Virus record (IMG/VR): IMGVR_UViG_3300033145_000192
Location: 1 to 64,000 of that record
Length of the DNA: 64,000 nucleotides
Strand: one strand, 5' to 3'
Source of the DNA: a virus
The notes beneath the pieces were generated by a model. It had not been told where the DNA came from, did no database searches, and worked only from the letters and a program-made list of their open reading frames with translations. Within the stretch, counting starts at the first letter, position 1, and every line of letters begins with the position of its first letter. The position numbers and the translations under genes were made by a program. This document shows positions 46,250-56,465 of the stretch, in pieces.

Positions 46250-46558
46250 ATGAAGAAGACGACACCTAAGCTCTATACGGGCTTTAGAGAAAACGAAAGA
46301 ATCTATAGGCATGTCTGTGACGAATCGAAGGCCGCAGGGGCACAGAGGAATCACAGAAACGAGTCTCGCGTAATGCTTGGGCCATTTGGTCTTGGTGTCC
46401 TCAATATGGACATTGATGCTGATTGGGCTGGAGACCAAAAGAACAAAAGCATCTATCTCCCAGGAGCAACATGTTGCCCTTATTGTGGAATAGACATTGC
46501 GAACCTATTGAAACAGGCGAATGAGGCGGCAAGACACGCCTCGACATTGCCCCATTAG
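46250..46558 (+). CDS. Hypothetical protein with CxxC pairs
   Basis: HVC...CPYCG. Confidence 0.5.
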   Translation: MKKTTPKLYTGFRENERIYRHVCDESKAAGAQRNHRNESRVMLGPFGLGVLNMDIDADWAGDQKNKSIYLPGATCCPYCGIDIANLLKQANEAARHASTLPH

Positions 46559-46619
46559 CTCAATGGTAGAGCTTATCCTTGGTATGGATATGAACAGGGT
46601 TCGATTCCCTGATGGGGCT
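46549..46619 (+). tRNA. tRNA-Thr (GGT)
   Basis: Cloverleaf, U73. Confidence 0.9.
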
Positions 46620-46630
46620 TGAGGTGAACC

Positions 46631-47275
46631 ATGGACACGAGATTCAGAAGATTGCAAAGAAGCCACGCACAAGAACCCAGTGATATTCAAACACACGCGA
46701 GGCTTCTCTCATCTGCGATTCGCTCAGGATTTTTGAATTTTCATCACGTCCTCCTCTGCGCTTTTTTGGGGCACCACGCGGCACGGCTCACGATGATAAA
46801 TGAGGCGAAGCATGACGGGGTCATCTATAACGGCAAGAAGATTCCGAACATGGAAATTACGCACTTGATAGGTAACATTCCTCAATGGGGAAGAGAACCT
46901 GCAAGGAGAGCGGGCCTTGCTGTCACGAGAATGTGCATAGAACACCTAAAATCGGTCGGCCAAACTGGCTCGTTCTACACCCTGGCGATACAAGGAGCCG
47001 ATGAAGCAGAGCGCGTAATCAAACACGATACTCCAGACAAAGAGCTATGGGCAATAATCCGCCGCATTCAAGGCCAGCGGGCCAGCCCTATGCCTACTAG
47101 GAGAGAGAAGGTGGGTGCGTGTGAACGCATGATAGCGAACTTTCTCATTGATTGTGCCGCATCAGGAAAACACACTGGACTACTAAAGGCATCGACTGCC
47201 TGGTTTGATGATAACAAACTTGAGGCAGCGGTAAGAGCAGAGCTATATCCATGGGCTCTAGGAGAATACATATGA
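46631..47275 (+). CDS. Hypothetical protein
   Basis: 214-aa ORF with GAGG RBS. Confidence 0.6.
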   Translation: MDTRFRRLQRSHAQEPSDIQTHARLLSSAIRSGFLNFHHVLLCAFLGHHAARLTMINEAKHDGVIYNGKKIPNMEITHLIGNIPQWGREPARRAGLAVTRMCIEHLKSVGQTGSFYTLAIQGADEAERVIKHDTPDKELWAIIRRIQGQRASPMPTRREKVGACERMIANFLIDCAASGKHTGLLKASTAWFDDNKLEAAVRAELYPWALGEYI

Positions 47276-47700
47276 GGGTCATCATTTGCGGCAGTCGTGG
47301 CATTAAGGGACCAGAGGGCATGAAGCACGTAATGGACGCCATCAAGGCGAGCGGCTTTGTAGTGACCGAAGTTGTTACTGGTCAGGCCGAAGGTGTCGAT
47401 GAACTAGCTGATGCTTGGGCTAAAGAGGCTGGAATAGACAGAGTTGTTTTCCCAGGAAACTGGAAAGGCAAGGGCAAGTCTGCTGGCTATAAGCGCAATC
47501 AGAAAATGGCATGGTATGTGTCACTATTCATGGACCAGGACAATCCCCCAGAGAACCTCAAGGGTGGGTGCATTGCGGTCTGGAATGGTTCTTCTAGAGG
47601 AACTGGACACATGATTGACATAGCGACGGAGAATTGTCTTCCGCTATACGTTCACACCGTTAAGAAAGATGTGGAGGAAGCTGCTCCAGCGAGTTCCTAA
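47272..47700 (+). CDS. SLOG-superfamily (YspA/DUF2493-like) protein
   Basis: MRVIICGSR, VVTGQAEGVD.LA..WA, SAGYKRN..MA, WNGSSRGT.HMI. Confidence 0.8.
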   Translation: MRVIICGSRGIKGPEGMKHVMDAIKASGFVVTEVVTGQAEGVDELADAWAKEAGIDRVVFPGNWKGKGKSAGYKRNQKMAWYVSLFMDQDNPPENLKGGCIAVWNGSSRGTGHMIDIATENCLPLYVHTVKKDVEEAAPASS

Positions 47701-47980
47701 TATCACCAGGACCTTCGGTGACTTCTTTCACAACAGTATTTATCTTCACTTCACTACAATCAGACTTTTTAATGTATTCCGACATATGCTGGGTGAATAC
47801 CCTTCTTGTCCTATAGTCGAGACGATTCTTCGCCTCTTCTACCGACTGAATGGTATGAGACAACATATCTTCGATATCATCGGCACGCTTGGCTTCAGCC
47901 CTGGCCTTCCTCCATTCGAAGTATGCCTTCACCGCAGCCGCAATTGTCGTTAGAAGTAGGATAATTCCCTCTATACTCAT
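47660..47980 (-). CDS. Membrane-anchored (holin-like) protein, isolated on - strand
   Basis: N-terminal TM helix followed by helical region. Confidence 0.55.
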   Translation of the reverse strand: MSIEGIILLLTTIAAAVKAYFEWRKARAEAKRADDIEDMLSHTIQSVEEAKNRLDYRTRRVFTQHMSEYIKKSDCSEVKINTVVKEVTEGPGDIRNSLEQLPPHLS

Positions 47981-48011
47981 GAGCTTTCCTCCGAAAGTTA
48001 ATACACACATG

Positions 48012-48039
48012 TTGACTTTCATAGAAGTCGCCCTATATT
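48012..48039 (+). promoter_or_regulatory. Sigma70-like promoter
   Basis: TTGACT-N16-TATATT; shares AGAAGTCGCCCTATA with the 37737 promoter. Confidence 0.6.
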
Positions 48040-48588
48040 CAGAATGGCACAACAAGAAAGGTTACTCTCGGAGACTCCTTGTCAATCTCCAAAGCGTTAG
48101 ACTAAAATCAAACAATCAACCACGGGAGTTTTGATGAGTTACATTGACCATCCTGTTCTTTATACCGATGATTTTACTGACGACACTTGGCTATTGCTAA
48201 TGGAAAGGGCGAATGGTCGAGACGGATTCTGGAGACGGTATGCTAGGCGTAAAATGCGCCGTGCGGTTCGAGAACTTCTCAGAGGAGTTAGACCGCGAAT
48301 AGCAATGGGGTGGTGTAACTAAGAAATAAGAGAGCTTTGCGCTCTAGCTTTGCAAACTTTGTCATAAAAGGTGTTATACGCCTAGACCCGGCACGCTTGA
48401 CGCGCCCGTCTGCTTAACAACACAAACAACACATTAAAGAGAGCACTAAAGCGCGAAGCACTCATCCAAAATCGGAGGTTCGGTGTATAGAATTATCAGA
48501 TGGATACATACGAAATCGGGACGTTAAGACAGGTCGTAATGCGACAACGGGGTTTGTAGGTGCCCCTCGTGATTCCAAAACCTACTTT

Positions 48589-48661
48589 GCAGCCATGGTG
48601 TTTAACGGTAGCATGTGAGGCTTCCAACCTCTTGGTTCGGGTTCGAATCCCGATGGCTGCT
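48589..48661 (+). tRNA. tRNA-Gly (TCC)
   Basis: Cloverleaf, U73. Confidence 0.9.
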
Positions 48662-48799
48662 TATCGAATTGAGTCATCTATCACGTTACGGATGTCTCCG
48701 TCCTAGGTATTCTTGCCAAAAGACGTTCTCTTAGAAAGAAAATGAATTCGATGGGTTGGCGGCATTGTTCCAAGCAACTCCCTATCCAAGCCGCTATTT

Positions 48800-48871
48800 T
48801 GCTCTATGGTGTAACCGGCAGCACGGAAGACTCTGAATCTTTTAGTCTTGGTTCGAATCCAAGTAGAGCAG
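48800..48871 (+). tRNA. tRNA-Gln (CTG)
   Basis: Cloverleaf, U1-A72, G73. Confidence 0.9.
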
Positions 48872-49026
48872 TAATATGGAGGTGAGACGTGGAAGCATTC
48901 CTAGTGATTGTTGGATTGGTATTTATCGTTTGTCTTGTGGCCAACAGGGGACAAGAGAAAAGTGACGAAAAATACGAGAAGTATCTTGAAGAACTTGAAG
49001 CAGAACATGGTAAGTGGGATTAACAT

Positions 49027-49097
49027 TGCCTCATGATGTAAGGGCAGCATAGCAGACTTTGAATCTGTTTGTCTTGGTTCGAATCCAAGTGGGGCAG
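49027..49097 (+). tRNA. tRNA-Gln (TTG)
   Basis: Cloverleaf, U1-A72, G73. Confidence 0.9.
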
Positions 49098-49180
49098 TAG
49101 TGTGGTCCAGTCTAAATAAGTCACAGAAGCAGCGGGCAATTTCATGCATCAAGCACCACTGGTAAGTGACAGCCACACAT

Positions 49181-49252
49181 GCGGACGTAGCTCAACGGTA
49201 GAGCATCACGTTGCCAACGTGAAGGTTGCCGGTTCGAATCCGGTCGTCCGCT
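49181..49252 (+). tRNA. tRNA-Gly (GCC)
   Basis: Cloverleaf, U73. Confidence 0.92.
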
Positions 49253-49270
49253 TCACAAGGGAGTATAGCA

Positions 49271-50055
49271 ATGGCGCGGATTAGCTTAGTGGTTTGTGAC
49301 TTGTGCAAAGAAAACATAGAGGGTGCTGCTGTTTACGGCATCGCCCTCATTCGCTATAATGACACAGGTGAGGAGTATAAGGAGAACAAGGGAGAGATTT
49401 GTCCGAATTGCTACCGCTCTCTGGTCAGCAGATTAAATAAAGAAGTGGAGCCTGCATCCTGGCTTCCTCCTCGCGCCCAGCAAGCCCCCAGCAATTCACG
49501 ACAATCCCTTCGCTGCGTCGGAGTGCAGGACGATGGGTCAGGAGTCGTCGGCGTGTCAGACGCCGTGGAGCGCCCGCCAGGTTCAAAAAAACTGTGCGAG
49601 GGCGAGTTCAAAGTGCCATCACAGGCGCATATAGTTCCAAGAGAGAAACCTAATTGTAAGCACGACCGCAAGAGTTTTGCGGATAACGGTGAACTCATTT
49701 GCTTAGAGTGTTCAGAGCTACTGGGGAAAGTGGAGAGTGCATGACAGAATACGAAGAATCCGACGAACCAGTCCTGTCTGAAGAAGATAGAGAATTCTTG
49801 ATAAAAGCAATGAAGGACATGGAAGTTTTGATAGAGTCTACCAGAGAACCGATGGACTCTAAAGTGCTAGGACTACTAGAGATAGCACACGATATGCTGT
49901 TTGAGCAAATCGAACTTGACAAATTCTATACATGGGGACCGGCGCTTGAAGTAGAGCACGCCAGCACTCACCAACCGGAAGGGAAGAAATTCCTTTTCAT
50001 CAAAGAAGAAGAGGAACCACCTTCAGCGGAGGAGCTAGAGAACTGGTTCAAATAG
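49271..50055 (+). other. Two hypothetical ORFs (49271-49744 with CxxC pairs; 49741-50055 acidic)
   Basis: Coupled ORFs. Confidence 0.55.
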
Positions 50056-50063
50056 GAGATGAT

Positions 50064-50609
50064 ATGAATACTGCCCAAACTACAGATACCGTAACTAACG
50101 CACATAGAGCATTGGTGCTTAACACAGCATGGATGCCAATTGAGACTGTTACTTGGGAGGATGCATTCAAGATGGTCTTTAATGGTCGAGCAAAGGCCAT
50201 TGATTACTACGATGTTATCGTTCGCACTCCTAACGACGAGTTCTTCGTTCCTGCCGTATTGGTATTGAACGACTACTTCCAGGTTCCAAAGCGCACAGTC
50301 ATCTACTCCAAGAGGCTCGTTTGTGAGCGTGACAACTGGACGTGTCAATACTGCCGCAAGAAGCTAACGACCAAGTCAGCGACAATTGACCACGTTCGTC
50401 CTAGATGTCTTGGAGGCCGTAGTAATTTCGAGAACTGTGTTGCTAGCTGTGAGCCCTGTAACTCTCGTAAGGCAAACAAGCCTTTGAGCAGGACAAAGTT
50501 CAAGCTAATTAAGCAACCTCGTAGGCCATTCATCCATCCACTCCAGGGTAAAATCAAACAAGTCAGGCCAGAGTGGGAGCCTTACTTGGAGGCTATTCTG
50601 AAGCGATGA
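50064..50609 (+). CDS. HNH endonuclease (McrA-like)
   Basis: LVLN..WMP, RDNWTCQYC, TIDHV.PR..GG.S.FENCVASC..CN.RK. Confidence 0.92.
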   Translation: MNTAQTTDTVTNAHRALVLNTAWMPIETVTWEDAFKMVFNGRAKAIDYYDVIVRTPNDEFFVPAVLVLNDYFQVPKRTVIYSKRLVCERDNWTCQYCRKKLTTKSATIDHVRPRCLGGRSNFENCVASCEPCNSRKANKPLSRTKFKLIKQPRRPFIHPLQGKIKQVRPEWEPYLEAILKR

Positions 50610-51684
50610 AATGTAAACTGACGGTCACAATAGGTGACGACAATTCTCTGTTGGTAGCACTAGATAACCCCGGTGAGGTGTCCCCCATGACTCTCGCCGG
50701 GGCTCTAGATTTGGTCAAATTGAGCTTGCATCAGCAAAGCCTTGATGCTATCGTAGAAGTCGATAAGGAGGTTGGAGATGACAGTTAAGCATATTCCATC
50801 AAACGCGGGGAAAAAGCCGCTTTCATATGACCCGGTAGAACTCGTGAAGAAGAGGCTTACCAAGGCTCTACGTCCTCATTTCAAAGGAAAGACTGCTGAA
50901 AAGCGTTTAGAAAAAGCCGTAAAGGATTCTATTGAAGCTATAGCGCCACTAATTACGACACAAGAAGTAACAGGCCAAAAGCTGGGTGGAACGGTTATGA
51001 CTGAAGCCGCTTCTTCCCGAAACCCCCACACAGGCAACTTCGGAGTTGCACCGAGGAATATATGAGCGACGAGAGCCACGAGTCGATTGACCAAGAGGCA
51101 TTGGATAAGCTAGAAGCCATGCGCGGTCAACTTCAAGAAACGGTTGATGAGTCGGGTGTTCCAGAGAAGCAAGGTGAGGTATTCCCGCTGGACATTGAGG
51201 ACCAACTCAGACTTGAGAATATGATGCTCAAGGAGTCACAATCCAAGATGGCAATTCAACTTGCGAATATGTCTGCCAAGGAGGCACGAGATGTATTCCA
51301 ACGACACATACTTGCAAAGCATGGAATTGACCCAACTATGTTCACATTCCAGATAGACCCAGGCGACAAGACGCTAATCATCTCGCCCAAGTAATGCCCG
51401 CAGAGTGCGCCGCAAACGAGTGTTCTTCCAAAAATGACAATACCGCCCACTATTCTAAGGATTGGGGCGGTGTTCGTTATTACTGCGTTGACTGTTGGCC
51501 CAATGCAATGGCTTTCTTTACCCAAGTCAGCCGATGTAAGGAGTGCGTGATAAATCACCACGCAGCCTATGACCCCGACACGCGCACGAAGCACACCGTC
51601 AAATTCCTAGGCAAATTCTACGAATTGTGCGCTGAACATCTAGGGGTATATGATGAGGCGGTGGATTATTTTAACGCCTCTTGA
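50606..51684 (+). other. Four small hypothetical ORFs ending the + strand block (50606-50788, ~50778-51065, 51062-51394, 51394-51684)
   Basis: Coupled ORFs; the last is Cys-rich. Confidence 0.55.
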
Positions 51685-52273
51685 CTCGCTTGATATGTGT
51701 GCTGCACAGGCGCTTCTCGCTAGAAGTTAGCGGGGCAAATAGCTTCTTTTGATTTAGGAAGCGTGGGTTCTTGAGCGTGATATGGGTTGGTTGGATTGAC
51801 ATTCTCCAATCATTCCTGTTTTCCCAACTCCACTTAATACTCATCATGTAGCCTAGAGCGCCTTTCAAATACGACTTCTTGTCGAATTTCACCCCAAGCT
51901 CTGTGCCAGCGATGTATCCCCTGACCTCTGCATCCCATTCAATCCACAACATCGAATTACGTGCGGCCTTCCATTCGTTGTCTGTAAGCTCACAGCGTCC
52001 GTGAATCCATTCCCAGTGGATATCGTAGGTTTGACACACAGCCTCTATTGCTGGAAGGAATCCATCCAGCCATTGAAGGTAATGTCCGTATTCATGGAGA
52101 AGTGTAGCGGTCTTTTTCTTAATAGTATCCCGCCTGGTGGCCATAACGATGATAGGCCCCGCCTCGGTCACTGTGAACGTGCCTGCGGAGCCCTCAACGT
52201 AGTCGCGGTTTTTGTATATTCGAATTCTACACCCCTCGCTTTTAACATGAGCGATGAGTTCATCGAATGTCAT
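51671..52273 (-). CDS. HEXXH zinc-metallopeptidase-like protein
   Basis: TLLHEYGHYLQ, later EWDAE. Confidence 0.6.
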   Translation of the reverse strand: MTFDELIAHVKSEGCRIRIYKNRDYVEGSAGTFTVTEAGPIIVMATRRDTIKKKTATLLHEYGHYLQWLDGFLPAIEAVCQTYDIHWEWIHGRCELTDNEWKAARNSMLWIEWDAEVRGYIAGTELGVKFDKKSYLKGALGYMMSIKWSWENRNDWRMSIQPTHITLKNPRFLNQKKLFAPLTSSEKRLCSTHIKRVKRR

Positions 52274-52698
52274 TAGCTCTCCTGTTGACCACCCATCCTA
52301 TTAGGTGCGCGAGTTGCTGTGTCAGTCCCATATGGAATGTATGTTTGCTTCCTAGCAATATACTTCAAAAGTGGGGTTCTTTCATCATCTAGGTTATAGT
52401 AGGCGGTAACAGATACGTCTCCCGCCACATCTACATACCCATTCAGCCCGCTGCCAATCGTGAGTCTCAAACCATCCTTGCCACCAACGTCATCCCAAAC
52501 GAATGTTCCAGAACCAGGAATTGGAATTGGGGAACAAATCGGTGCAGCATTGTCTCTGAGCGTAAGAACTCGGACTCCAGCCTCTTGGTTGACGGCTACA
52601 ATCTGAGTAAGCACTGGAGCAAATCCGCTCGCAGCAACGATGATAGGAGTTCCAGAAGGAAAGAGAGTATTTACTGTCGCAATTGCAGTGTTTGTCAT
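52273..52698 (-). CDS. Hypothetical beta-rich protein (possible virion protein)
   Basis: 141-aa ORF in - strand operon. Confidence 0.6.
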   Translation of the reverse strand: MTNTAIATVNTLFPSGTPIIVAASGFAPVLTQIVAVNQEAGVRVLTLRDNAAPICSPIPIPGSGTFVWDDVGGKDGLRLTIGSGLNGYVDVAGDVSVTAYYNLDDERTPLLKYIARKQTYIPYGTDTATRAPNRMGGQQES

Positions 52699-52728
52699 GT
52701 GTCCACCTCTTAACTATTGATTAGCGGA

Positions 52729-53172
52729 CTATACCCTGTCAATTAGTCCAGCATCGCCTGCGCCATCGCTGGCACTGTTGCGTCTGACAATCCTTCTACC
52801 AGTGTTTACTGTGTGTTCCTGTGGCTTGTCTGGGGATAGAGCCGTTGGGACTACTGGATTTGTCTTGTTACCTGCTAGGTCAACCTTGAGCGAACGAGCC
52901 TGGACCAAGTCCTCTCGTGGTGCTCTCGCGTCAACAACTCTACCAGGCAATGTCATTCCGACGACCTTCTCTTCGTAATACGTGACTACGCCACTTTGCG
53001 TAACAATACTACCAGACCCAATTGCTCTAACTGGGGCAGCGGTTACGATGCGGTTAGGAATGTCATCATTGGCAGCAGTCTTAACGATATGTCTGCCCTG
53101 ATTACGGAATGCATAGTTAGCCGTAGCATACTTGTTAACTACAGCAATACCATTTCCACTTAATGAACCCAT
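52729..53172 (-). CDS. MGS-start hypothetical protein (paralog 3)
   Basis: MGSLSGNG..., IVRRNSASDG. Confidence 0.65.
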   Translation of the reverse strand: MGSLSGNGIAVVNKYATANYAFRNQGRHIVKTAANDDIPNRIVTAAPVRAIGSGSIVTQSGVVTYYEEKVVGMTLPGRVVDARAPREDLVQARSLKVDLAGNKTNPVVPTALSPDKPQEHTVNTGRRIVRRNSASDGAGDAGLIDRV

Positions 53173-53184
53173 TTTTCACTCTCC

Positions 53185-53709
53185 TTATTCGGTGTCGTAT
53201 GGTGTGATGTCAGTATCGGTTGTGCCATCAGCACCACCAACTGCAATACCAGTGGCATCAAAAATATCTGGGTCTGACTGGTTAGCAGCCGCAAGATTTC
53301 TGTCATTGTCGTTGAAGAACACCTTGCGCTCCAAGACAGTTCTCATAGGTGCAGTTGATACTACGCCGCTTTGTGCTACACCAGCAACCCTGTCACTAAT
53401 GGATGTATGAACACCCAAAGCTCTTGTTACCTTATGCACCGGCTGTGCCGCAAAATCACCATCTGGGTCGGTAAACTTCAAATACTCTTGGCTATGGTCA
53501 GCAGTTCTCTGTGCATTCGTCATGTCATCAGGGCAAAACCTGAGTGGGTCAGTCAACGGAGTTGTGCTGATAATACCCGTGCTAGGAACACTGGCCGTTT
53601 GCTCATCGACTTGCGAATTTCTCGTCTTGACGACATTGGCACGGCTATAGTTCCACAGGATGTTATTCGCCTGTGTAATGCGAGTTCCATCTGAATTTCG
53701 GCTACCCAT
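53185..53709 (-). CDS. MGS-start hypothetical protein (paralog 2)
   Basis: MGSRNSDG..., VFFNDND. Confidence 0.65.
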   Translation of the reverse strand: MGSRNSDGTRITQANNILWNYSRANVVKTRNSQVDEQTASVPSTGIISTTPLTDPLRFCPDDMTNAQRTADHSQEYLKFTDPDGDFAAQPVHKVTRALGVHTSISDRVAGVAQSGVVSTAPMRTVLERKVFFNDNDRNLAAANQSDPDIFDATGIAVGGADGTTDTDITPYDTE

Positions 53710-53717
53710 GATGTCTC

Positions 53718-54125
53718 CTAGCTGTTTTTTCTAGCGACCAGGCCATCATTATCACTGTTTCTGATAACGACACGAGCGCCGGTTTGCATAGCCCTGTATT
53801 GGCTTACACCCTTATTGGCAATTTCTTCCTCAATGGCTGAGGTGGGCACGTATCTCGCACCCACTCTTCCATGGAGTCCATCATTATCACTCTGCGCAAC
53901 CTTTTGCTTATGAGCAAGGCCGATAGTAGAGCGTTGAACAACCTGAACGTCGGGTTGGGTTCCTAATGCAGCGGAATCTCTAGCGTGCAGAGGCGTGTCT
54001 GCCTTGGTGCTTTGTGACCTTGAAAAAGGCACACCAGAGGCAATAACCTGCCTTTGCCCAATGTTATACACACTGGCATTATGTTTTGGAACTACTGAAA
54101 CCCCAGTGGCATTTCTAGAACCCAT
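53718..54125 (-). CDS. MGS-start hypothetical protein (paralog 1)
   Basis: MGSRNATG..., SDNDGL twice. Confidence 0.65.
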   Translation of the reverse strand: MGSRNATGVSVVPKHNASVYNIGQRQVIASGVPFSRSQSTKADTPLHARDSAALGTQPDVQVVQRSTIGLAHKQKVAQSDNDGLHGRVGARYVPTSAIEEEIANKGVSQYRAMQTGARVVIRNSDNDGLVARKNS

Positions 54126-54139
54126 AAATCACCCCTATC

Positions 54140-54685
54140 TTAGCTATATAGAGGAATGTGGTAAACGCCGCCGTTAACAGTTACTTCTAGCCAATCACCA
54201 CAGTCAACGGAGCCAACTCCGGATGGACCGTTAGGGATAGGTGCAACTGGGCCAGCGCCAGATTCCGTAATTCTATTGTAGGTTGCGGACTGCGTAACTA
54301 CTAGACCGGACATCTGTGCGATATTGGAAATGTCTGCGGTGACCGCATCGACAGAACCAGTAACGTCTACACCGGACATAGTTGCCTGGTTTGTTACGGC
54401 TAGCGTGACGAGTGAAGCGCCACCAGTTACGGACAAACCGGATGCAGTTGCTAGGTTAGCAATAACTGCTGTTGGTGTGCCGAGATAGGCTGGCGTGATT
54501 GCTCCAAGACCAATCTCAATCGCTCCACCGCCAGCGTTAACAACCGTTACGCCTTGGGCTCCAGAGATATCGCCAGAAATACTGGCAACTCCATAACCCT
54601 TGGTTAGTAGGTCGTTATCTTCATCAGGTGCAGTCGTTGTCTTGTTTAGCAACCTTTTGATGTTTTCCTTTGAAATCTTACTCAT
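54140..54685 (-). CDS. Fibre-like low-complexity virion protein
   Basis: Ala/Gly/Val/Thr-rich repeats SGLSVT, SGVDVT, SGLVVT; C-terminal WLEVTVNG..Y.IPLY. Confidence 0.6.
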   Translation of the reverse strand: MSKISKENIKRLLNKTTTAPDEDNDLLTKGYGVASISGDISGAQGVTVVNAGGGAIEIGLGAITPAYLGTPTAVIANLATASGLSVTGGASLVTLAVTNQATMSGVDVTGSVDAVTADISNIAQMSGLVVTQSATYNRITESGAGPVAPIPNGPSGVGSVDCGDWLEVTVNGGVYHIPLYS

Positions 54686-54686
54686 T

Positions 54687-55019
54687 TTAACCCTCCGAAG
54701 GTAGTCTTTCGAGGCGTCTTTCAAGCCTCTCGATTATGGACAAAGTCTTATTCTGGGTTTCACCCATAGCATACAACTTATCGGTAACTTCCTTTTGTGT
54801 CTCCGCCCAACTTCGGGGCACATACCACAAGGGCACTCCATCCATATCATAATGCGTATGGAGGTCATATAGGGTTTTAAGCATCATCTGTTGTTCTTCG
54901 CTAAGGTAATTCTTATCCTTTTCGGAGAACTTGTTGATGAGAAGCTTAACTAGCCCTATAAGCCCTTCCACGACACATACGACAATTGCTACTATAGCAG
55001 CGATAATCCCTGTTGACAT
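54687..55019 (-). CDS. Membrane-anchored (holin-like) protein
   Basis: N-terminal TM helix. Confidence 0.5.
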   Translation of the reverse strand: MSTGIIAAIVAIVVCVVEGLIGLVKLLINKFSEKDKNYLSEEQQMMLKTLYDLHTHYDMDGVPLWYVPRSWAETQKEVTDKLYAMGETQNKTLSIIERLERRLERLPSEG

Positions 55020-55103
55020 GGCAACTCCTCTGTTTTATACACCAGAGATTGAAAATCACCACCCAAGAAGATTTTTCGGTGGCTACTATTTATACACCGA
55101 ACA

Positions 55104-55553
55104 CTACCATCTTAGAATAATTTCTAGTGCGCGAGTGAATGCGACCATAAGAAGCTCTACTTCATCTAACCCAATTGGGAGTGATGCTCGCTTAAGCTCT
55201 TCACCTTCTTTCGAACTTATGGATAGATAGTAGCTTCGATAGTCAGTCTGCCACTTTAGCTCGATTGTTTTCGTGCCTCTGTCATTCTTGTGAAACAACT
55301 TGAGTGGGGCACCTGGGCTATCGAGGCGGAAATATGCCATCATCTTAGTGATGTCAGCAATTCCGAGCTTTACGACGATTTTCGTATTTACCCAGTCATA
55401 TGGCTTGTCGCTTGCCATTGGGGCGGTCTGCTTTGCGACTTCCAGAAACATGCAATCATTTCGATTTCCTAGCTTAAATTGCGCAACTCCTCCGGTTTGC
55501 TTCTTGTTAGGCTTGTAAATCGCAACATCACGTCTTCTCTCGTTTTCTTCCAT
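55104..55553 (-). CDS. Putative ssDNA-binding protein (Whirly/PC4-like fold)
   Basis: IYKP...GG.AQF.L, YDW..KI.VKLG..DI, C-terminal helix L..DEVE.L. Confidence 0.5.
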   Translation of the reverse strand: MEENERRRDVAIYKPNKKQTGGVAQFKLGNRNDCMFLEVAKQTAPMASDKPYDWVNTKIVVKLGIADITKMMAYFRLDSPGAPLKLFHKNDRGTKTIELKWQTDYRSYYLSISSKEGEELKRASLPIGLDEVELLMVAFTRALEIILRW

Positions 55554-55635
55554 TTTTAACTCCTTATAAACTGCGAGGTTACAGACTTTTACGTCCACAG
55601 GTAGTATAGCAGGAAGTTGACCGAGCGGCAAGGCC

Positions 55636-55663
55636 AAAAAAAAAGGCCGCCGAAGCGACCTTT
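55636..55663 (-). terminator. Intrinsic terminator
   Basis: On - strand AGGTCGC-TTCG-GCGGCCT followed by a T run. Confidence 0.85.
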
Positions 55664-55665
55664 CT

Positions 55666-56199
55666 TTATATCTCCAGTATTCTCACGCACTTACAAGGTC
55701 GATGTTGAGTCAGTTCGACCTTCAGAGACATTGGCTCAGGGTGACACGTATTCCACACCTCCCCAAGTTTGTTACCCTCAAGCTCGACCGTGCTGCGGGC
55801 TCTCTTGGGCGTAGGGAGATTCTTCATCTTTCCCTTAACCTTGACCCGCCTACTGGCACGCTGCGAGTTCTTGAACTCCTTACTGGGCTCAACCTTCAGC
55901 TTCTTTGGCCTACATGGCGATGGCAAAAAGGTAACTACCCCTCTACCAAAGCAATTCTTGCAGTTCTTCCTGGCATAAAGCACATTGCGGGGCTTTTTGA
56001 TATCAACTGAATCGGGGTCAACACCCAGAGCTTCCGCTGCTTGTTTCAAACCATCTGCGGCCTCATCGGACGTAAAGATACCATCCCCATCAAGAGCCTC
56101 AACAAATGCGGCCTCCAGGGCTTCTATCTTCCTACGGTCCTCTTCCGTTAGTTCCTTCTTAGCCTTCTCAGGCTTCTCTACGTTCTTATTCATTTCCAT
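55666..56199 (-). CDS. Hypothetical protein with CxxCxGxG zinc motif
   Basis: CKNCFGRG and C-terminal CKC. Confidence 0.6.
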   Translation of the reverse strand: MEMNKNVEKPEKAKKELTEEDRRKIEALEAAFVEALDGDGIFTSDEAADGLKQAAEALGVDPDSVDIKKPRNVLYARKNCKNCFGRGVVTFLPSPCRPKKLKVEPSKEFKNSQRASRRVKVKGKMKNLPTPKRARSTVELEGNKLGEVWNTCHPEPMSLKVELTQHRPCKCVRILEI

Positions 56200-56465
56200 T
56201 CCTAAAACTCCCTTGTTTCAGTAGACGTTTTATTCTGTCTATCTGCTCCCTATACCCCATGATATCCTCAATGACCTCGTTATAGGCCACCTCGGCATCT
56301 TCAGCTATCCAAGAACCTTCGGTCTTCCATTCGTCCCCGCGCACGGTATTTCGATAAGCAAGAACTTCACGATACCATCTAACAGCAGCGCGGTAGTTCT
56401 TTTTCGTTTGCATCAAAGTTCCGAGCAACTTTTCTCTCGATGGCTTTGTGGACATCAATCCTCAC

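Noticed and set aside
48330-48540. Replication origin in the long intergenic region
   Set aside because: No iterons, DnaA boxes or marked AT-rich unwinding element that I can support
49098-49180. HDV-like (theta) ribozyme 3' of tRNAs
   Set aside because: The first stem pairs with the extreme 3' end rather than forming the nested HDV double pseudoknot; I could not fit that fold to this or other spacers
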